From Bacteroidetes bacterium GWF2_35_48 (GTDB taxonomy: Bacteria; Bacteroidota; Bacteroidia; Bacteroidales; GWF2-35-48), in NCBI GenBank assembly GCA_001769125.1, contig MEOG01000073.1, forward strand, positions 14,834 through 78,833: a stretch of DNA of 64,000 nucleotides. The letters run 5' to 3'. How positions within the stretch are numbered: the first letter of the stretch is position 1; each line of letters opens with the position of its first letter. The position numbers and the translations under genes are program-made. This document shows, piece by piece, positions 44,997 through 54,580 of the stretch. The notes under the pieces are model-generated. The model did no database searches and was not told the DNA's origin. It saw nothing but the letters and a program-made list of their open reading frames with translations.

Positions 44997-47210
44997 ATGA
45001 ATCCATATAAAGCATTTAATACCTGCATACTCAGAACGCCTCTTTTCTCATTAGAAAAATATCAGGAATTTTTAAACTTGTTTAACTCCATTGATAATAA
45101 CGTTTCTTCATTTATTGATGACCTTGTTATTATGGAAGCTCTTTTTCTGGCATCCCCAGAATTTTATCAGGAATTGTTAAAGTTGAATAAGGAAAGTTTA
45201 CAAGTAAAGGATAGGAACAAAATTATTTTTTCGTTATATAAATATCTGTCGCGCGCTTCAACAAGATGCACGCCATTCGGTCTTTTTGCAGGCTTTTCCA
45301 GTGGCTTGTTAAGTGATCAAACATCCATCATTGAAAATACCGGAGTAGTAAATTACAAACGACATACGCGATTAGACATGAATTATCTGTGTGCGCTTGC
45401 CTCTAATCTTTCCAAAGATGAAAAATTAAAAAATAAGCTTACCTATCATACAAATAACAGCCTTTATTTTGATGGCTTGCGTTTTAGAATGGTTGAGTAC
45501 AGATATAGAAATGCAAAACGAGAACATTATATTGTTTCTTTTGATGATACGCCCTATTTTAGAGCTATTATTGATAAAGCAAAAGTGGGGGTCTGTTTTA
45601 CAGAATGTGTTGCGGAATTAATAACCGATGATATTTCTGAAGAAGAAGCAACAGAATATGTTTATACTCTTATAGAATCACAGGTGCTTGTCAGCGAACT
45701 GGAGCCTACTGTTACAGGGCCTGATTTTTTTGACCGCGTTCTTAATTTAATAAACAATTTTGAGGAGCTTGATGATATAAAAAACAATTTGAAAGAGCTA
45801 CAGTTTAAATTAAGTGAAATAAACAAACAAGTGCTGGGTATTCCTGTTTCAAGATACAATGAAATAACAAACTTTTTATCAGAAAAAGAAACAAAATTCG
45901 AGAAAAAATTTTTGTTTCAGTGCGATTTATTAAATGCTGCACAAGATTTTACAATCAATAAAAGCATTGCTCAAAATATTTTAGAAGCCTTGACATTTTT
46001 AAATGCGTTTACAAAAACATATAAGACAAATCTGCAAAATTTTAAAGAAGCGTTCTTTGCCAGATATGAAACAATGGAAATTCCTTTATTACAGGCATTG
46101 GATGTTGAAAGTGGCATTGGCTATGCACAAAGCGCAGGACAGGACAAAGGCGATATTTCACCTTTAGTTGCAAAGCTGCATGTTTTTGGAAAACAAACTG
46201 GTGAAACAGAAATTAAATGGACGGCTTTTCAAAATCTTCTTTATAAAAAATTCTTGCTTGCTTTTCAAAACAAAGAGCATGTAATCACACTTTGCGATGA
46301 GGATATTCAAGAAATGAAACCGGAATGGTCAGATTTACCTCCCACGATTTATTCGATGGTTGAGGTGTACTGCAAAGAAAATAAAGAAAATGAAATATAT
46401 TTGAATTCATTAGGAGGGAGCTCTGCCGGTAACCTTATCGGTCGTTTTGCGCATGCTGATGATAAAACATTTGATTTACTCAAAGAGATTGCAGATTTTG
46501 AAGCAGAATATTACAAAGATAAAATAGTAGCAGAAATTGTTCATTTGCCGGAAACAAGAACGGGAAACGTGCTTTACAGACCTGTTGTAAGAGAATATGA
46601 AATTCCTTATTTAGCGCAGTCATGCGTACCAAAAAACAAACAAATACAAATAGACGATTTATACATTTCGGTAAGAAATAATAAAATTGTTTTAAGGTCA
46701 AAGTTATTTAATTCAGAAATCATACCACGCCTTACCAATGCGCATAATTATTCTTTTAATGCCTTACCGGCATATCAATTTTTATGCGATATGCAAGCGC
46801 AGGATTTAAGAACAGGTTTTTATTTTAACTGGGGATTTTTATCGAATCAATACGGGTTTTTACCAAGAGTAGTTTATAAAAATATTATTTTGTCTAAGGC
46901 AACATGGAATATTCAGGTATCAGAATTAAAAAGTATTATAGACGAAAAAACCGAAGAAAAAAAGTTTGAAGCATGGCTGAATTGGAGAAAGATAATGAAC
47001 ATCCCGAAACTTGTTTCACTTGTTGATGGCGATAATGAACTGACTATTGATACTGAACATAAAATATCGGTATTTACATTATTGTCTTTAATTAAAAAGC
47101 GGATGTCTTTTAAATTAGAAGAGTTTCTTTTTTCACGGGAGAACAGCCCTGTGCAGGGTCTTGAAGGAACTTATACCAATCAGTTTATTTTCACATTTTA
47201 TAAAAGCTGA
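44997..47210 (+). CDS. lanB: lanthipeptide dehydratase, N-terminal glutamylation part of a split LanB
   Basis: 737 aa. ILRTPLFS and SRASTRCTPFGLFAG are typical of the Lant_dehydr_N family. Confidence 0.9.
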   Translation: MNPYKAFNTCILRTPLFSLEKYQEFLNLFNSIDNNVSSFIDDLVIMEALFLASPEFYQELLKLNKESLQVKDRNKIIFSLYKYLSRASTRCTPFGLFAGFSSGLLSDQTSIIENTGVVNYKRHTRLDMNYLCALASNLSKDEKLKNKLTYHTNNSLYFDGLRFRMVEYRYRNAKREHYIVSFDDTPYFRAIIDKAKVGVCFTECVAELITDDISEEEATEYVYTLIESQVLVSELEPTVTGPDFFDRVLNLINNFEELDDIKNNLKELQFKLSEINKQVLGIPVSRYNEITNFLSEKETKFEKKFLFQCDLLNAAQDFTINKSIAQNILEALTFLNAFTKTYKTNLQNFKEAFFARYETMEIPLLQALDVESGIGYAQSAGQDKGDISPLVAKLHVFGKQTGETEIKWTAFQNLLYKKFLLAFQNKEHVITLCDEDIQEMKPEWSDLPPTIYSMVEVYCKENKENEIYLNSLGGSSAGNLIGRFAHADDKTFDLLKEIADFEAEYYKDKIVAEIVHLPETRTGNVLYRPVVREYEIPYLAQSCVPKNKQIQIDDLYISVRNNKIVLRSKLFNSEIIPRLTNAHNYSFNALPAYQFLCDMQAQDLRTGFYFNWGFLSNQYGFLPRVVYKNIILSKATWNIQVSELKSIIDEKTEEKKFEAWLNWRKIMNIPKLVSLVDGDNELTIDTEHKISVFTLLSLIKKRMSFKLEEFLFSRENSPVQGLEGTYTNQFIFTFYKS

Positions 47211-47215
47211 TACAA

Positions 47216-48103
47216 ATGCAAACAAGCAGATATTTCATCCCCGGTAGTGAATGGCTGTATTATAAAATTTACTGCGGTCCGAAAACGGCAGATACAATCA
47301 TCGAAAATGTTTTTCTTCCGGTAAGCTCAAAGCTTTTTGAAAATAGCCTTATAAAAAAATGGTTCTTTATCCGTTATTCTGATTCAGATCTTCACCTACG
47401 TTTCAGAATTCTTTTAAATGACCGTTGTTAAATAGGACTTGTTATGCAAATGGTATATGAATATTTGTTGCCCTATGTCGAAAAATTAATAGTTCATTCT
47501 ATTACAACTGATACCTATAAAAGAGAAATTGAACGTTACGGAGAAAACAGTATTGAGCATCTTGAAACTTTATTTTATTATGACAGCGAGTTTATCGCGA
47601 ATATTATTTCTTCAACGGAAGGAGAAGAAGGAGAACAGATAAAGTGGCAAATTTGTTTGCGTACGCTTGATGAATTATTAAATTTATTTGGATTTGATTT
47701 CCAACAAAAACATCAGCTATTAAAGACTTTGAGTTTAGGTTTCATGAATGAATTCGGAACAGAAAAAAATATGGACCCGCAAATAAGCATAAAGTACAGA
47801 GAAAGTAAAAAACAGGTAGAGGTTTTTTTAAATTGTAGTTTAACAGAGGATAATGAACTCCTTCCATTATTTATATTTCTTGAAAATTATAAAAAAAGAG
47901 CACAGCCTGTAATTTCAGAAATTATCGAAAAATTTTCCATACAGCAAATCAATATACCGATGAATGACTTAATAGGCAGCTATTTTCACATGCACTGCAA
48001 CCGTTTATTTCGCACAAAACAAAGGCTGCATGAAATGATAATTTATTCATATTTGGAAAGATACTATAAGTCTTTTATTGCACGTGAAAAAATGAAAATA
48101 TAG
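47216..48103 (+). pseudogene. split-LanB glutamate-elimination domain (thiopeptide-type bacteriocin biosynthesis domain) interrupted by one in-frame TAA
   Basis: ORFs 47216-47431 and 47444-48103 share a frame: ...WFFIRYSDSDLHLRFRILLNDRC-TAA-IGLVMQMVYEYL...TDTYKREIERYGENS. Together they span the full ~295-aa domain. Confidence 0.75.
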
Positions 48104-48118
48104 TTATAATTGTTTTTG

Positions 48119-48162
48119 TCTGCGCCAATCCGCCTCATCCGCGTAATCCGCATTCAAAAACA
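48119..48162. repeat. GC-rich 'ATCCGC...TTCAAAAA' intergenic element upstream of lanT
   Basis: TCTGCGCCAATCCGCCTCATCCGCGTAATCCGCATTCAAAAACA is related to the elements at 50435-50601. Confidence 0.6.
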
Positions 48163-48239
48163 TTTATAAATCTACTAAATAATAAACCCGCATTCCAATA
48201 AAATATTATCTTCGCAAGCAATAAAAACAATTCACAATT

Positions 48240-50429
48240 TTGGCAAAGTTTCCCTTTTATAAACAACTTGATGCAATGGATTGCGGACCCTCGAGTCTGC
48301 GCATGATAGCCAAGCATTACGGTCGTTCCTACACACTGCAAACACTGCGCGATAAATGCTATATCACCCGGGAAGGTGTTTCTCTTATGGGAATCAGCGA
48401 TGCAGCGGAAAGCATCGGGTTGCATACAATGGGTGTGCGTATCAACTGGGAAACACTTACTAAAGAAGCACCTCTGCCTTGTATTGCACACTGGAAACAA
48501 AATCACTTTGTTGTAGTATATAAAATTAAAAAAAATAAAGTTTTTGTTGCCGACCCTGCCATTGGGCACATTGAATATTCTCAGAAAGAATTTCTCGAAA
48601 GCTGGCTCAGTACTCGCACAGAAGGAGAAAATAAAGGGATATGCCTTTTAGTGGAACCTACACCTGAATTCTATAAAGACAAAGGAGAAACCATAGATAA
48701 GAGCAATACCTCCTTTTTGTTTTCGTATCTGCGACCACATAAAAAGTTATTACTTCAATTGTTCTTTGGTCTGATTATCGGCAGCCTTATTCAATTAATT
48801 TTTCCATTTCTTACACAGTCGGTTGTTGATTTTGGGATTAGTAATAATAATATTGGATTTGTCTGGTTGATATTAATTGCGCAGCTCACATTGTATATCA
48901 GCCGTACTTCCGTTGAATTTATCCGTAGCTGGATATTACTGCATATCAGTGCGCGTATTAATATTTCACTCATATCTGATTTTCTCGTCAAACTGATGAA
49001 ATTGCCTATATCTTTTTTTGATATTAAAATGATTGGCGACCTGTTACAGCGCATTGGAGACCATTCGAGGATACAAAATTTTCTTACAACTTCCACATTG
49101 GAATTTTTATTTTCATTTGTCAATTTTTTAATATTCGGAGCCATTCTTGCTGTTTACAGCATTAAAATTTTTGCAGTATTTTTGATTGGCACCCTTTTGT
49201 ATATTCTTTGGATTTTTATCTTCCTTAAACGTCGTCGCAGTCTTGATTACAAACGTTTCGCGCAGTTGTCCGAAAATCAAAGCACTTTAATTCAGCTCAT
49301 CACAGGAATGCAGGAAATAAAACTCAATAATTGTGAAAAACAAAAACGCTGGGATTGGGAAAAAGTGCAGGCACGTCTTTTTAAAATAAATATAAAGTCA
49401 TTATCATTGGCGCAATACGAGCAGGCAGGATCTTTATTTTTGAATGAACTTAAAAATATTTTTATCTCTTTTATTGCAGCAAAATTAGTTATTGAGGGAC
49501 AGCTCACGCTTGGAATGATGCTTGCCGTGCAGTATATCATCGGGCAGTTAAATGCGCCGGTGCAACAGCTTATTGGCTTTATTCATGCGCTTCAGGATGC
49601 AAAAATAAGTCTGGAACGTCTTGGAGAAATTCACAAAAAAGAAGACGAAGAACAAACCGAAGAAGGCAGAATGACTGTGATTCCGGAAGAGAGCAATCTC
49701 AATATCAATAATGTTTTTTTTCAGTACGAAGGCCCACATTCTGAAATGGTTTTGCACGATATTAATCTTGTAATTCCTTACAATAAAACCACAGCTATTG
49801 TTGGTGGCAGTGGCAGTGGAAAAACAACATTGGTAAAATTGCTGTTAGGTTTTTATCCGCCCGTGAAAGGAGAAATATTAGTTGGTGGTTTCCGCATAGA
49901 TACAATAAGTACACGCTTATGGAGACAAAACTGTGGCACCGTAATGCAAGACGGTTTTATATTCAGTGATACCATTGCAAAAAACATTGCTGTAAGTGAT
50001 GAAACAATAGACAAAGAGCGACTTGTGCTTGCTGCAAGAACTGCAAATATTCATGAATTTGTCATGTCGCTTCCTTTACGTTTCAATACAAAAATTGGTG
50101 CAGACGGACACGGATTGAGCCAGGGACAAAAGCAAAGGATTTTAATAGCGCGTGCAGTTTATAAAGATCCGGCTTTTCTATTTTTCGATGAAGCAACCAA
50201 TGCGCTCGATGCAAATAATGAAAAAATTATTATGAATAATTTGGATGAATTTTTTAAAAACAGAACTGCTGTTGTGGTTGCTCATAGGTTGAGTACTGTA
50301 AAAAATGCAGACCAGATTGTGGTGTTGGAAAAAGGTCGTATCGTAGAAAAAGGAACGCATGCAGAATTGATTGAAACAAAAGGGGCGTATTATGAACTTG
50401 TAAAAAATCAGTTGGAGATTGGAAGTTAG
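48240..50429 (+). CDS. lanT: bacteriocin/lanthipeptide ABC exporter with N-terminal C39 double-glycine peptidase domain
   Basis: QLDAMDCGPSSLRMIAKHYG (C39 catalytic Cys), HFVVVYK (His), six TMs, Walker A GGSGSGKTT, LSQGQKQR, FFDEATNALD. The start is the TTG at 48240 and is uncertain. Confidence 0.9.
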   Translation: MAKFPFYKQLDAMDCGPSSLRMIAKHYGRSYTLQTLRDKCYITREGVSLMGISDAAESIGLHTMGVRINWETLTKEAPLPCIAHWKQNHFVVVYKIKKNKVFVADPAIGHIEYSQKEFLESWLSTRTEGENKGICLLVEPTPEFYKDKGETIDKSNTSFLFSYLRPHKKLLLQLFFGLIIGSLIQLIFPFLTQSVVDFGISNNNIGFVWLILIAQLTLYISRTSVEFIRSWILLHISARINISLISDFLVKLMKLPISFFDIKMIGDLLQRIGDHSRIQNFLTTSTLEFLFSFVNFLIFGAILAVYSIKIFAVFLIGTLLYILWIFIFLKRRRSLDYKRFAQLSENQSTLIQLITGMQEIKLNNCEKQKRWDWEKVQARLFKINIKSLSLAQYEQAGSLFLNELKNIFISFIAAKLVIEGQLTLGMMLAVQYIIGQLNAPVQQLIGFIHALQDAKISLERLGEIHKKEDEEQTEEGRMTVIPEESNLNINNVFFQYEGPHSEMVLHDINLVIPYNKTTAIVGGSGSGKTTLVKLLLGFYPPVKGEILVGGFRIDTISTRLWRQNCGTVMQDGFIFSDTIAKNIAVSDETIDKERLVLAARTANIHEFVMSLPLRFNTKIGADGHGLSQGQKQRILIARAVYKDPAFLFFDEATNALDANNEKIIMNNLDEFFKNRTAVVVAHRLSTVKNADQIVVLEKGRIVEKGTHAELIETKGAYYELVKNQLEIGS

Positions 50430-50434
50430 AACTT

Positions 50435-50601
50435 GGATGACGCAGATAAACGCACAAGAAAACAATCAACGAAATCAGCGTGAAAAAAAAGAAGAAGCTG
50501 CCGCAGATGACGCAGGTAAACGAAGATTTACGCTGATAGAAAATTATAGAAAAAAATAAGCGAATATCTGCTGCATCCGCAAAATCAGTGTTCAAAAAAC
50601 A
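50435..50601. repeat. two tandem copies of a GATGACGCAGRTAAACG...AATCAGYGTKxAAAAAA element between lanT and hlyD
   Basis: GGATGACGCAGATAAACGCA...AATCAGCGTGAAAAAAAA is followed by GCAGATGACGCAGGTAAACGAA...CATCCGCAAAATCAGTGTTCAAAAAACA. Confidence 0.6.
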
Positions 50602-50635
50602 GAAAACAGAATATACAAAATCAGCATTCAAAAAA

Positions 50636-51973
50636 ATGTCAGAAGAAAGCGAACATATAGAATTACGCAGCGAAGAAGTCCAAGAGATTCTTGGTCATGT
50701 GCCGCCCGGTGTTATCCGTTGGGGAATTTCTGTTATTTCAGCTATTGTAATTCTTCTTTTAGTTGCAAGCTGGTTCATAAAATATCCGGAAATAATTATT
50801 TCTCCTGTAACAGTTACAACACAAAATCCTCCTGTTACATTGGTTTCAAAAATGAACGGAAAAATTTCAAAACTTTTTGTGAAAGATAAGCAACGAATTA
50901 AATCAGGTTCTGTTATTGCTGTGATTGAAAACCCAACAGATTTCAATGATGTTTATACACTCAAACAAAAGCTCGATTCCTTCCGTGTTGTACTTATGAA
51001 AATTCAGATTTCTGAAAACAGGCAAACCGCGCTTTACGCTGTAGATTCAACGCAAAAAGTATTTTTTGATGAAAATCTCAATCTTGGAGAAATGCAGACC
51101 TGGTATGGCGCATTTCTGAAAAGTATGGCAGATTTTTCACATTTTATACATACCGATTATCATCAGAAAAAAATATTTACAGTACAAGACCAGATTGCTA
51201 AGTACAACCAACTTTACACACGTCTGCTGAAACAACAAAATATTCTATCAGAAGAGCTTTCTATTGACAGGCAGCAATTCAGCAGGGATTCTAATCTTTT
51301 CGCAAAAGGTGTTCTTGCAAAAGCAGATTTTGATAAATCGAAATCTTTTCTTTTACAGAAAAGGTATTCTTTTGAAGGATCTAAATCAACACTTTCTAAT
51401 ACACAGATACAAATATCACAATTGCAACAGTCAATTTTTGATTTGCAACAGCAGCATGAAGATCAGAACAAACAATTAAAGCTGGCGCTTTCTCAGGCAT
51501 ACGAAAATCTTATTGGTCAGATAAAAATATGGGAGCAGAATTATGTGTTTACTTCACCTGTTGACGGCATCATAACTTTTACAAAATATTGGAACGAAAA
51601 TCAAAATATTCTTTCCGGGGATAAGGTTGTAACTATCATTCCTGAAGCAGAAAGCCGCTCTATTGGAAAACTTCAATTGCCCATACGTGGTTCGGGGAAA
51701 GTAAAAACCGGTCAGAGCGTAAACATAAAATTAGACAATTATCCTTATATGGAATACGGAATGTTACGGGGAAAAATAGAATCCATCTCATTAGTTTCTT
51801 CAGATGATTCCTATGCGGTAGAAGTAAGCATGCCGAATGGTCTTTTGAGTTCCTACGGAAAAAAACTTGAGTTCAGCCATGATATGAAAGGGACTGCTGA
51901 AATCATTACAGAAGACGAACGTTTGATAATGCGTTTTATTAATCCGCTTCGTGCTTTGCTTGCCGGTAGTTGA
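50636..51973 (+). CDS. HlyD-family membrane fusion / secretion adaptor protein
   Basis: ATG at 50636 (MSEESEH...). One N-terminal TM, a coiled-coil middle, and a beta-barrel C-terminus (GQSVNIKLDNYPY...GKIESIS), typical of bacteriocin HlyD partners. The GTG at 50588 lies inside the repeat element. Confidence 0.8.
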   Translation: MSEESEHIELRSEEVQEILGHVPPGVIRWGISVISAIVILLLVASWFIKYPEIIISPVTVTTQNPPVTLVSKMNGKISKLFVKDKQRIKSGSVIAVIENPTDFNDVYTLKQKLDSFRVVLMKIQISENRQTALYAVDSTQKVFFDENLNLGEMQTWYGAFLKSMADFSHFIHTDYHQKKIFTVQDQIAKYNQLYTRLLKQQNILSEELSIDRQQFSRDSNLFAKGVLAKADFDKSKSFLLQKRYSFEGSKSTLSNTQIQISQLQQSIFDLQQQHEDQNKQLKLALSQAYENLIGQIKIWEQNYVFTSPVDGIITFTKYWNENQNILSGDKVVTIIPEAESRSIGKLQLPIRGSGKVKTGQSVNIKLDNYPYMEYGMLRGKIESISLVSSDDSYAVEVSMPNGLLSSYGKKLEFSHDMKGTAEIITEDERLIMRFINPLRALLAGS

Positions 51974-52014
51974 GAAATTAATAATAATTCTTTTCAGTAA
52001 ATCAAAAAATCTTA

Positions 52015-52992
52015 TCACAAAGAAACAACTTTCAAATTATCATCTGCAAGCTCAATTTTACAAGGAAGAAATCCATAAGGGTCACCGTCAAATTCAACAG
52101 CTGCATTGGGATTTCCTTTTATTGATAGAGAAGTACAATAAGTCAGTTCAATAATTTTACTTTTTTTAATTTTTTTTCCGCTGTACACAGAATACAATGC
52201 TTTTGGTAAGTTTAGTAAATTTAATTTCTTAATAGTAAGATTATAAAAATGCCGATCGTCTTGCTGCAAATCGTGATTAACTTTTATTCCTGAAGCAATA
52301 AATCGTGTGATTCCGGCTGAGAGATTAAAGAGTTTTTCAATATGTTTTTTTTCTCCATCTTGTTCGAATATAAAATCGCTGGGTTTATATTTTATTATTG
52401 CTGAAATAAGAGATATAAATGTTCCGACTGCATCGCCCAGGTATTTTCTGATACCGCTGTTGGCCATACTTGCGGTTGCTGCTCCCAATCCGATATTTAC
52501 ACAGCATGCAAAATAATTTACTTCCGTTTCTGATGCAGGAACTTCTTCGATTGCACAACCAATATTTTGAAAATTTTTATTTTTACACAGCAAAATTTTT
52601 CCGATAGGGATATTACGGGTTTTATTTTGGTAAATAGCGTCAAGAGCGGCATTGAGATGTATCGGAATATTGTAAGATTTACAGAAATCAGGACTGGTTC
52701 CCGTGTAAATTACTGCAAAGATTGCATTTGAAATTTTAATCCCTTCCTTATCATAAAAACCATTCAGTACACGATTGATTGTCCCGTCCCCACCAACAGC
52801 AACAATGATATCAAATCCGTTTTGGTTTGCTTTAACTGATAAATCGTACGCATCATCGAGATTTTTTGTAATTGCGTATTCAAATTGTAAATTTTTTTCT
52901 TTGAAAAAAGTAAGAATTTTATCAATTTTATTTTGACTTTTTCCTCCTTTGGAACCGGGGTTGATGATTAAAAAGTAACGTGTGGAAGACAT
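52015..52992 (-). CDS. diacylglycerol-kinase-catalytic-domain lipid kinase (YegS/BmrU family)
   Basis: YFLIINPGSKGGK and IIVAVGGDGTINRVLNG. Confidence 0.85.
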   Translation of the reverse strand: MSSTRYFLIINPGSKGGKSQNKIDKILTFFKEKNLQFEYAITKNLDDAYDLSVKANQNGFDIIVAVGGDGTINRVLNGFYDKEGIKISNAIFAVIYTGTSPDFCKSYNIPIHLNAALDAIYQNKTRNIPIGKILLCKNKNFQNIGCAIEEVPASETEVNYFACCVNIGLGAATASMANSGIRKYLGDAVGTFISLISAIIKYKPSDFIFEQDGEKKHIEKLFNLSAGITRFIASGIKVNHDLQQDDRHFYNLTIKKLNLLNLPKALYSVYSGKKIKKSKIIELTYCTSLSIKGNPNAAVEFDGDPYGFLPCKIELADDNLKVVSL

Positions 52993-53033
52993 TTTGGTTT
53001 TTTCTTGTGTTTTGTTTTAATCGGCAACAACGT

Positions 53034-54197
53034 TTATTTCATAGAGCGTATCAGCATTGCTGCTTTTTGAACAATATCATCCGATAAATTTGCGCCTGTT
53101 ATCAATCTTATTCTGCCTTGTTTTTCGGGTACTGATGGAAAAATAAAAGGGGTTGTAAGGATTTTATTTTTATAAAATTCATAAGCCAATCGTAATGTTT
53201 GTTCAGAGTTTCCGGCTTCTATGGACATAATGGGAGTTTCGCTTTGTGCAATGCTAAATCCTGCTGCAACCAGTGCTTCCTGAATTGTTTTTTTATGGCG
53301 AAACATTCTTTCTTTAATGCTAGAAAAATCTTCTTCAATAATTTCAAGAACTTTGATAATTCCTCCCAGCACCGATGGAACAATCGCAGTAGAATATATA
53401 AGGTGCGAGCTGTTATACCGAAGAAAATCTATGATTGTTTTATTCCCTCCAATCATTCCTCCTGAATTGGCAATGGCTTTTCCGAGTGAAGCAGTATAAA
53501 TACCGTTGAAATCAGAAATACAGCTTATAGCACCTTTTCCTTTATCTCCGATAACGCCTATTCCATGAGAATCATCTATGATAAAAACAGCATTGTATTT
53601 ATTGCAAAGCTCATTAATTTCCTGCAAAGGAGCTATAGAGCCTTCTGTCGAAAAAACAGATTCGGTTACAACAAACACCTGCTCAAAATCATTTGCTTTT
53701 TTTAACAATTCTTCAAGGTGGCTGGTGTTATTATGCAGAAAAGGTCTGAATTTACAAGACGCTGCTTTTATCCCTTCAACAAGCGAAGAATGGGCATAAT
53801 GGTCAACTATTATAAGATCGTTTTTTTCCGTGATTACTTTGAATACTGCATTGTTGGCTTGATAGCACGATGGATAAATAATGCAATCTTCAACACCAGT
53901 GAATTTTGAAAGTAACACAGCGGCCTCCTGAAAAATTTTACATGCACCTCCTGCAATTGGCGTTGCGCAGATGGAGAGTCCATAATCCCGTATTGCTTTT
54001 ATTGATGCTTCTTTTACTCGTATATCATCTGCCAAACCTAAATAATTATTTGTTGCAAGATTAATAAATTCATCGTTTTCTATAAGAAGCGTATTTCCAA
54101 GTGATGATTGCAAAACCGCATAGTAAGGATTAAAACCAAGCCTGTCAACAATAGATGAGTCAAGATAAAGGCGTTTCAGGAATGTTTCGTTTTTCAT
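53034..54197 (-). CDS. alpha-oxoamine synthase family PLP enzyme (serine palmitoyltransferase / AONS / KBL-like)
   Basis: NNYLGL, DHYAHSS, IIDDSHGIGVIGDKGKG, and TASLGKA (PLP Lys). Confidence 0.88.
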   Translation of the reverse strand: MKNETFLKRLYLDSSIVDRLGFNPYYAVLQSSLGNTLLIENDEFINLATNNYLGLADDIRVKEASIKAIRDYGLSICATPIAGGACKIFQEAAVLLSKFTGVEDCIIYPSCYQANNAVFKVITEKNDLIIVDHYAHSSLVEGIKAASCKFRPFLHNNTSHLEELLKKANDFEQVFVVTESVFSTEGSIAPLQEINELCNKYNAVFIIDDSHGIGVIGDKGKGAISCISDFNGIYTASLGKAIANSGGMIGGNKTIIDFLRYNSSHLIYSTAIVPSVLGGIIKVLEIIEEDFSSIKERMFRHKKTIQEALVAAGFSIAQSETPIMSIEAGNSEQTLRLAYEFYKNKILTTPFIFPSVPEKQGRIRLITGANLSDDIVQKAAMLIRSMK

Positions 54198-54341
54198 GGA
54201 TTTGTTTTTGTTTGTATTTATTTTTTAAGTCGGAAGACAAAAGCCAGTGGCTGAACCTGAGCTTGCTGAGCTAAGCCGAAGCGGGTTGCAGAGTTAAGCC
54301 GAAGCCGGTGGCTGAGCCTGTCGAAGCCCCGGATTCGTGGA
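54198..54341. repeat. GC-rich repeat-containing spacer inside the operon (between ACP and AOS genes)
   Basis: Internal direct repeats are AGCCAGTGGCTGAACCTG / AGCCGGTGGCTGAGCCTG and GAGCTAAGCCGAAGC / GAGTTAAGCCGAAGC. It contains GCTGAGCCTGTCGAAGC. Confidence 0.6.
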
Positions 54342-54575
54342 TCAAGCAACCCCGTATTTCTCGAGTTTTTCAATAATATCATTTACCGTTACCAATCCAT
54401 CAATATCTTCATCTTTTATTGTGATGTTAAACTCGTCTTCAACAGCGTTGAGCAGCATAATACGTCCGAAAGAATCCACTTCAAGATCGTCTACCAATCT
54501 GCTTTCCGGTTTAACCTCTGTCTGGTTTTCCATATTTTTAGAAATTACTTTTATTACACGTTCTTTAATTGTCAT
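54342..54575 (-). CDS. acyl carrier protein
   Basis: 77 aa. DLEVDSFGRIML matches the DSL/DSF phosphopantetheine attachment motif. Confidence 0.85.
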   Translation of the reverse strand: MTIKERVIKVISKNMENQTEVKPESRLVDDLEVDSFGRIMLLNAVEDEFNITIKDEDIDGLVTVNDIIEKLEKYGVA

Positions 54576-54580
54576 TTGAT

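Noticed and set aside
24836-48103. TAA reassignment or programmed read-through as an explanation for the two in-frame TAA codons (25442-25444 and 47429-47431)
   Set aside because: TAA terminates many genes in this window at positions consistent with full-length homologues (ptb, the LRR gene, the M4 protease, lanA). No recoding signal was recognised. Point mutation, consensus error or strain polymorphism is the simpler explanation. I flag them as findings but not as a code change.
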